Shown here: piece by piece, positions 56,786 through 64,000 of the stretch
Layout of the letters: each line of letters starts with the position of its first letter
Position numbering within the stretch: position 1 is the stretch's first letter
Assembly (NCBI GenBank): GCA_965261005.1
Contig: OZ253375.1
Span: 1,536,001-1,600,000 of the forward strand
Origin: Deinococcus sp.
GTDB taxonomy: Bacteria > Deinococcota > Deinococci > Deinococcales > Deinococcaceae
Length of the DNA: 64,000 bases
Reading direction: 5' to 3'
Position numbers and translations under genes: made by a program
The notes under the pieces: model-generated
What the model was told of the DNA's origin: nothing
The model's database searches: none
Seen by the model: only the letters and a program-made list of their open reading frames with translations

Positions 56786-58120
56786 ATGCACATCCTGACC
56801 CCAGAGGAGGCGCGCGTCGCCTTTGACCGCAGCTTCGTGGAAGCGGACGTGAGCGAGCGGACCCTCGACCGAAACGAGCAGATGTACGGCGAGCGGCTGA
56901 CCCCCCAGCAGGCGGTGGCGCGCATTCTGGCCGACGTGCGCTCGCGCGGCGACGACGCCCTGCGCGACTGGACCGCGCGGCTCGACGGGGCCGAGCTGGG
57001 CGAGATCGAGCTGCCTTGCCGAGAGATCGAGCTGGCCGAGGTCGAACCTGAACTCCACGCCGCCATTCGCCTCGCCATTTCCAGGGTGCGCGCCTTTCAC
57101 GGGCGCCAGCCCGCCGGCGGCTGGGTGGAGTACGGCCCCGGCGGCGCCCTCGGCCAACTGGTGCGGCCCCTGGGGCGGGTGGGCGTCTACGTGCCGGGCG
57201 GGCTGGCCCCGCTGGTCAGCAGCTTGATTCACACGGCGGTGCCGGCCCAGGTGGCCGGCGTGCCGGAGATCGTGGTGGCGACGCCGCCGGGGCCGGACGG
57301 GGACGTTCACCCGGCCATCCTGGTGGCGGCGCGCGAGATCGGGGTGCGCTCGGTGTACCGCTTGGGCGGGGCGCAGGCCATCGGCGCCCTCGCCTACGGC
57401 ACGCCCAGCGTGTCCAGGGTGGACAAAATCGCCGGCCCCGGCAACCGCTACGTGGTGCTGGCGAAAAGGGCGGTCTGGGGTGAGGTGGGCGTCGAGAGCT
57501 TGCCCGGCCCGACCGAGACGCTGGTGCTGGCGGACGCGGACGCCAGCGCGCGCTTCGTGGCGGCCGATCTGCTGGCCCAAAGCGAACACGCCGGCGCCGA
57601 GCCGGTGCTGGTCACGACCTCGCGCGACCTCTTGATCGAGCTGGAGCGCGAATTGGCCGGGCAACTCGAAAACTTGCCCGAACCCAACCGCAGTTGGGCG
57701 CGCGACAGCGTGCAGAGCCGCTTCGTAGCGGTGCTGGCGGACGATTTGGACCAGGCCTTCGAGCTGGCCAACCTCTACGCGCCCGAACACCTCTGCCTGC
57801 TGCTGGCGGACCCCTGGGCGCACGTCGGCAAGGTGCGGCGCGCGGGCGGCATCTTCGTGGGGGAACACAGCATGGAGGCGCTGGGCGACTATGTCGCCGG
57901 CCCCAGCCACGTGATGCCCACCGGCGGCACCGCGCGCTTTTCCAGCCCCGTCAACGTGCGCGACTTTCAGACCATTATCTCGCTGATCGGCGTGAACGCG
58001 GCGGCCCTCGCCGAGATCGGCCCGCCCGCCGTCACCCTGGCCCGCGCCGAGGGGCTGGAGGCCCACGCCAGGGCCATTGAGGCCCGGTTGGTGGGAGAAG
58101 TTGAGGCGGGGGAGCTGTGA
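56786..58120 (+). CDS. hisD: Histidinol dehydrogenase
   Basis: YVPGG, GGAQAI, GPGNRYV, GPTE, QSEH, APEHL, GDYVAGPSHVMPT. Confidence 0.95.
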   Translation: MHILTPEEARVAFDRSFVEADVSERTLDRNEQMYGERLTPQQAVARILADVRSRGDDALRDWTARLDGAELGEIELPCREIELAEVEPELHAAIRLAISRVRAFHGRQPAGGWVEYGPGGALGQLVRPLGRVGVYVPGGLAPLVSSLIHTAVPAQVAGVPEIVVATPPGPDGDVHPAILVAAREIGVRSVYRLGGAQAIGALAYGTPSVSRVDKIAGPGNRYVVLAKRAVWGEVGVESLPGPTETLVLADADASARFVAADLLAQSEHAGAEPVLVTTSRDLLIELERELAGQLENLPEPNRSWARDSVQSRFVAVLADDLDQAFELANLYAPEHLCLLLADPWAHVGKVRRAGGIFVGEHSMEALGDYVAGPSHVMPTGGTARFSSPVNVRDFQTIISLIGVNAAALAEIGPPAVTLARAEGLEAHARAIEARLVGEVEAGEL

Positions 58121-58728
58121 GCGCCCTGATCAGCGTGGTGCGCCACGGGCAGACCGCGCACAACGTCGGGCGGCGCTTTCAGGGGTGGCTGGACGTGCCC
58201 CTGAACGAGGTGGGGCGGGAACAGGCGAGGAGGGTGGCCGCCCGGGTGGCCCAGCTCGTCCCGCCCGTCACCCGGCTGTATTCCAGCGACCTGCTGCGGA
58301 CCCGGCAGACGGCGGAGGCGATTTCGGCGGCGCTGGGCCTGCCCATCATCCCCGCGCCCGAGCTGCGCGAGATTCACGTGGGCGAGTGGGAGGGGCTGAG
58401 CATGGACGAGGTGGATTCGCAGGCCCTCTCACTTTGGCCCTATGTCGCCGCCCCCGGCGGGGAGAGCCTGGCCGAGGTGGGGGCGCGCGTCCGACCCTTT
58501 TTCGAGAACGTTTTGCCAAAGGAAGGCGAGCACGTCCTGCTGGTCTCGCACGGCGCCGCCCTGACGGCCCTGCTGTGCGGCGTGCTGGGCTGGGATTTAG
58601 AGGCCGCCTGGAAGGAGAGGCGCGGCCACCACGAGAACACCGCCCTCACCACCTTTGAGGTCGGGGCGCGTGGGGAAATGACCTGCCAAACCCTCGCCTG
58701 CGCCCTGCACTTGGAAGGGCGTGGTTGA
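58117..58728 (+). CDS. Histidine phosphatase (PGM family)
   Basis: VRHGQT, SSDLLRTRQTA, LREIHVGEWEG, VSHG. Confidence 0.9.
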   Translation: MSALISVVRHGQTAHNVGRRFQGWLDVPLNEVGREQARRVAARVAQLVPPVTRLYSSDLLRTRQTAEAISAALGLPIIPAPELREIHVGEWEGLSMDEVDSQALSLWPYVAAPGGESLAEVGARVRPFFENVLPKEGEHVLLVSHGAALTALLCGVLGWDLEAAWKERRGHHENTALTTFEVGARGEMTCQTLACALHLEGRG

Positions 58729-58734
58729 GGTGCG

Positions 58735-59328
58735 TTACGAATTGACGCCCTCCTGATCCTCCAGGTCCAGCCGGATCACGTCGTTCAACTCTGGACGAAG
58801 GCCGCTGGAACCCTCGTAAAAGGCGCGGACGGCGTCCATGTCGGCATGCGCATTGCCGCTGAGCGTCAGCGGGGCGCTCAGCTTGGCCGTCCTCGTTTGG
58901 TAGTTGAGCGACACCATCAGGAGGGGCACGTCCGCTCCCAGCGCGGCGTGGTAGAAGCCGCTCTTCCAACCGGGCCGCTTCGAGCGGGTGCCCTTGGGCA
59001 GCAGGGCCAGGGCGCCGCCGTGCTCACGCAGCTCGGCGATCATGGCGCCCACCGCGTCGCCGCGCTTGGTCCGGTCAATCGGACGCCCGCCCAACAAACG
59101 AAAGAAGAGGCCGAGCGGAAAGCGGAACAAACTGCGCTTCGCCAGAAAGTGCATCTCTATACCGAGGGCGTCCATCACCAGCAGGAACAGGAAGAAGTCG
59201 GCGTTGGAGGTGTGCGGCGCCCCGATGATGACGCTGGCCGGCAGCTTGGGATCGCGGCCCACGACGCGCCAGCCCATCAGCGACAGCGCGAGGCGCGCCA
59301 GCGGGCGAGACAACGGGGACTTGGGCAT
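58735..59328 (-). CDS. Lysophospholipid acyltransferase (PlsC-like)
   Basis: HTSNAD (HX4D), PIDR, PKGTRS, WKSGFY. Confidence 0.85.
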   Translation of the reverse strand: MPKSPLSRPLARLALSLMGWRVVGRDPKLPASVIIGAPHTSNADFFLFLLVMDALGIEMHFLAKRSLFRFPLGLFFRLLGGRPIDRTKRGDAVGAMIAELREHGGALALLPKGTRSKRPGWKSGFYHAALGADVPLLMVSLNYQTRTAKLSAPLTLSGNAHADMDAVRAFYEGSSGLRPELNDVIRLDLEDQEGVNS

Positions 59329-59359
59329 GCCAATATCCTAGAACATGGCATCCTAGGGC

Positions 59360-60055
59360 ATGGCCGACCTGAACATCGCCCTGCTAACCGACGTTCACGG
59401 CAACCGCTTCGCGCTGGAGGCCGTGTTGGCAGATATAGAGCGCGAAGGCCCCGACCAAGTCGCCAACCTCGGCGACGTGGTGTGGGGCGCGGGCGACCCG
59501 GCCGGCGCCTGGGAACTGTTGGAGGAGCGCGACCTGCCCACCGTGCGCGGCAACACCGACGAAAAGCTTCAGGACGGCGACGACCCGCTCACCCGCTTCG
59601 TGCGCGGCGCGCTGCCGCGGGGGGCGTCAGAAGCTTTGCGCGCCCTGCCCACGACCCTCACGCTGGCGGACGGCGAGGTGCTGCTGGCCCACGGCACGCC
59701 CGAGAGTCCGCACGTCTACCTGATGTTCGACGAGGACGAACCCTCGCCGCGCGAGAAGGTGCGGGAGCGGCTGGGCGACTTGCCGGCCGCGGTGCGCGTC
59801 GTGGCGGTCGGGCACAGCCACTTGGAGGCGGTCGCGCGCTTCGGGAACGTGCTGGCCGTGAACGTCGGCGCGGTGTCGCGGCAAAAGGACAGCTGCCCCG
59901 ACGCGCGCTGGGTGTTGCTGACCCGGCGAAGGGGCCTCTGGGGCGCCGAATTTCGTTGCGTGCCCTACGACATAGAGGCGGCGGCGCGCTGGACCGAGCA
60001 GAACGAGCCAGGCGGCGCGCAGCTGGCGCGCAACCTGAGGACGGGGAGGCGGTAG
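59360..60055 (+). CDS. Metallophosphoesterase
   Basis: DVHGN, LGD, GNTD, AHG, GHSH. Confidence 0.88.
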   Translation: MADLNIALLTDVHGNRFALEAVLADIEREGPDQVANLGDVVWGAGDPAGAWELLEERDLPTVRGNTDEKLQDGDDPLTRFVRGALPRGASEALRALPTTLTLADGEVLLAHGTPESPHVYLMFDEDEPSPREKVRERLGDLPAAVRVVAVGHSHLEAVARFGNVLAVNVGAVSRQKDSCPDARWVLLTRRRGLWGAEFRCVPYDIEAAARWTEQNEPGGAQLARNLRTGRR

Positions 60056-60057
60056 GG

Positions 60058-60108
60058 AACCCCTCACCCCCCGGCCCCCTCTCCCGCAAGGGGAGAGGGG
60101 GAGAAAGA
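60058..60108 (+). repeat. Palindromic repeat copy between convergent genes
   Basis: AACCCCTCACCCCCCGGCCCCCTCTCCCGCAAGGGGAGAGGGGGAGAAAGA. Confidence 0.8.
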
Positions 60109-60109
60109 C

Positions 60110-61276
60110 TTATTCTTCCGGCCAGACGTATTCCTCGCGCCACGGCTCGCCCCGGCGCAGGAAGGGCACCTTCTCCCCCACCACCCGCGCGCCGCCCTTG
60201 ACCGCCGCGCGCACGATCAGGCGCTCGTCGAGCTGGGGATAGACTTGGCGGGCGAAGGCAATTTCGTCGAAGATGTTCAAAGTTTCACCGGACGCCACCG
60301 AGTCCGTGCCGAGGGCAATGTCCACCCCGGCCGCCGCGAACGCCGGCCAATCGAAGGTGCCGCACTCCAAATTGCGGTTGCTGCGCGGGCAGGTCACGAC
60401 GGGGCAGCCGGCCTGAGCGACGATGCGCGCGTCCTCCGCCGTCGCGTGGACCATGTGGATCAGGGTGGGCCTCGCGTCCAAGACACCCAGATCGGCCAGG
60501 TAGCGTACCGGGGTGAGTTCGGGATCGGGGTTGCGGCCGAGGATGTCCGCCAGGGTGAGGGAGCCGTTCCGCTGGGCGACCGGGCGCAAAAACGAGTCGG
60601 CCAAGTCGCCCGTCCCGCTCCTGAACAGCTCCAGCTCGCCGCCGTGCTCGGCCACATGAATCTGCATGGGCAGGTTCTCTGAGCGGGCGTAGTCGGTCAG
60701 CAGCCTAAACAGCGTGTGTGACACCGTGTAGCTCGCGTGCGGGCTGAGGCCCAGCTTGAGGCCGCCGGGCCGCTCCAACTTGCGCCAAGCCTCAAGACGC
60801 GCCACGGCCTTCTCAAACGTGTCCTGAGCGGTCGCCGGGTTCGGGTCCAGCACCTCCCAGTACGCCACGCCCGGCAAGTCCGCCCCCTGCAATAAAAACT
60901 CCATCACCTCCGGCCGGTAGACCACGTCCCCGAGGGCCGCCGCGCCGCTCACCTTGACCTTCGCCAGCCCGAGCCGCGCCCCCTCCAGCCCGCGCAGGTG
61001 GCGGTGCGCCATCACGTGTTCGGGAATCCAGCGGAAGTACGGCAGGGCCGCGAAGGGGTAGGCGCTCATGTCCAGGTGGGCGTGCGCGTTGACTGGCGTG
61101 GGCGCGATCACGTGGCCGGCGCGCGACTCGACGGCGTGCGGGTACTGGACGCGGAGCTGGTTCGTTACGCCTGAGGCCGCAATGGTCCCGCCCGAGACGA
61201 CCACGGCCCCGTCAAGCGTGGGCGTGCCCATGCCGGTGTAGAGCAAGTCGGCGCTCAGCAGGCGCAGGTCGCTCAC
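60110..61276 (-). CDS. Amidohydrolase-superfamily deaminase (candidate aminodeoxyfutalosine deaminase)
   Basis: NAHAHLD, SPHASY, HVAE, IHMV, CPRSN, GTDS. Confidence 0.8.
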   Translation of the reverse strand: MSDLRLLSADLLYTGMGTPTLDGAVVVSGGTIAASGVTNQLRVQYPHAVESRAGHVIAPTPVNAHAHLDMSAYPFAALPYFRWIPEHVMAHRHLRGLEGARLGLAKVKVSGAAALGDVVYRPEVMEFLLQGADLPGVAYWEVLDPNPATAQDTFEKAVARLEAWRKLERPGGLKLGLSPHASYTVSHTLFRLLTDYARSENLPMQIHVAEHGGELELFRSGTGDLADSFLRPVAQRNGSLTLADILGRNPDPELTPVRYLADLGVLDARPTLIHMVHATAEDARIVAQAGCPVVTCPRSNRNLECGTFDWPAFAAAGVDIALGTDSVASGETLNIFDEIAFARQVYPQLDERLIVRAAVKGGARVVGEKVPFLRRGEPWREEYVWPEE

Positions 61277-62052
61277 TTTGAGACCGCCGCGTCAATCAAC
61301 GCGCGGGCGATGCTGATGTGGCCGGGAACGGCCGGCAGGGCGTCCGGGAAAAACCACCCCGCGTCCTCGATCTCCACGCCGTCCACCTGAATCTCGCCCC
61401 CGGCGTAGTCCGCCGTGAAGCCGACCATCAGCGAGTGCGGAAAGGGCCACGGCTGGCTGCCGAAGTAGCGCACCTCGCCCAACTCCAGGGCGACCTCCTC
61501 GCGCACCTCGCGCCGCACGGCCTGCTCCAGCGTCTCGCCAACCTCGACGAAGCCGGCCACCGCGCTGTACATCCCCGGCGGAAAGTGCGGCGAGCGGGCC
61601 AGCAGCAGCTCGGGGCCGCGCCGCACCAAGACGATCACGGCGGGCGCCAGGCGCGGGTAGGCCGTCAGGCCGCAGTTCGGGCAGCGCCTGGCGCGCTCGG
61701 TCGGATGGGCTTCGGTCAGCGCCCCACAGTGGCCGCAGAAGCGGTGGGTGCGCTCCCACTCCACAATTTGATAGGCGTAGCCGGCCAGGGCGAACTGGCC
61801 CTCCGGCAGCTTGCCGTAGAGGTTCCGCAGGCGCTTGAAGGCGTACCCGGCCGGAGCTTCGCCTGGAAAAGACGTTCCGAACGCCCCCCGCCCGTTGAGG
61901 CTGCCGAGATACTGGGCGTTCCGAAGGTCAAAGGGTAGACCTTCCGGCAACGCGCCGTCCTCACGCAGCAGCAGCTTGTCCCCCTGAAAGGCGAACAGCA
62001 GCGCGCCCCCCACATCTTCCGGCGCGGTCAGCGCAGGTACGAAGCCCGTCAT
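61273..62052 (-). CDS. nudC: NADH pyrophosphatase
   Basis: Zn finger CGHC/CPNC, Nudix box, SQPWPFPHSLM. Confidence 0.93.
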   Translation of the reverse strand: MTGFVPALTAPEDVGGALLFAFQGDKLLLREDGALPEGLPFDLRNAQYLGSLNGRGAFGTSFPGEAPAGYAFKRLRNLYGKLPEGQFALAGYAYQIVEWERTHRFCGHCGALTEAHPTERARRCPNCGLTAYPRLAPAVIVLVRRGPELLLARSPHFPPGMYSAVAGFVEVGETLEQAVRREVREEVALELGEVRYFGSQPWPFPHSLMVGFTADYAGGEIQVDGVEIEDAGWFFPDALPAVPGHISIARALIDAAVSK

Positions 62053-62063
62053 TTCAAAGGCGT

Positions 62064-63647
<1,584 letters not shown>

Positions 63648-63717
63648 GCGGGAAGTCTAACAAGGGGGCGCGCCGAGATGGGTTACCACCAGAGCGGCAG
63701 TATAGAATGTTCATACA

Positions 63718-63984
63718 ATGACGAGAACGGAAAAGGTCAAGGTGACGCACACCCTCACGCGCGGCACGCGTGACCGCATGCGGGCGCTGGTGCAGCGGGG
63801 CGAGGTCAAGGACGCCAGCGCCTTTATCGAGCAGGCCGTCGAGGCGGCGCTGCGCGAGCACAAGCTACAAAACCTCGCGCTGGAGCTGGAAGCGTTCGAG
63901 GACGCCGGACACGCCGCAGAAGTGGCACGCCTCGGAGACGAGGGACTGGAAGATATCGCCGCAGAACTCGGCAAGCGTGGTTGA
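63718..63984 (+). CDS. Probable antitoxin (ribbon-helix-helix-like)
   Basis: KVTHTL strand, then helix-helix ..SAFIEQAV; acidic tail; overlaps the next start. Confidence 0.6.
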   Translation: MTRTEKVKVTHTLTRGTRDRMRALVQRGEVKDASAFIEQAVEAALREHKLQNLALELEAFEDAGHAAEVARLGDEGLEDIAAELGKRG

Positions 63985-64000
63985 GCCGCGCCGGGGCGAG
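63977..64000 (+). CDS. Start of a probable MazF/PemK toxin (truncated by window end)
   Basis: GTG-VEPRRGE resembles the RG(D/E) N-terminus of PemK/MazF; only 8 codons visible. Confidence 0.45.

Overview
GC-rich bacterial chromosomal window, most likely from the Deinococcaceae. This inference rests on the gene content and on the many -10 boxes sitting 6-7 nt before start codons. About 63 genes are visible. Housekeeping genes include jag, prmC, the futalosine genes mqnE/mqnA, hpf, acnA, recN, divIVA-yggS-PNP, an Omp85/BamA-type protein, lptB, deoB, hisD and nudC. Accessory blocks include two tandem S8 lipoprotein proteases, a sugar ABC operon with a beta-propeller protein and an aldo-keto reductase, and a 10 kb acyl-CoA catabolic cluster with an LvaA/LvaC (ACAD10/11-like) kinase plus dehydrogenase module. 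There are also three toxin-antitoxin-related loci and an XRE-controlled NatAB-type exporter. The most notable unexplained signals are: (i) a promoter- and terminator-bounded, structured ~170 nt candidate ncRNA at 26297-26470 (- strand) with paired ends and a T-loop-like arm; (ii) a stand-alone protein strikingly similar to the eukaryotic CaMKII hub domain (55737-56126); and (iii) a family of ~45 bp palindromic repeats, one of which lies in-frame inside a coding sequence. No rRNA, canonical tRNA, CRISPR array or transposase was seen. All calls were made by eye from motifs; no database search was run.
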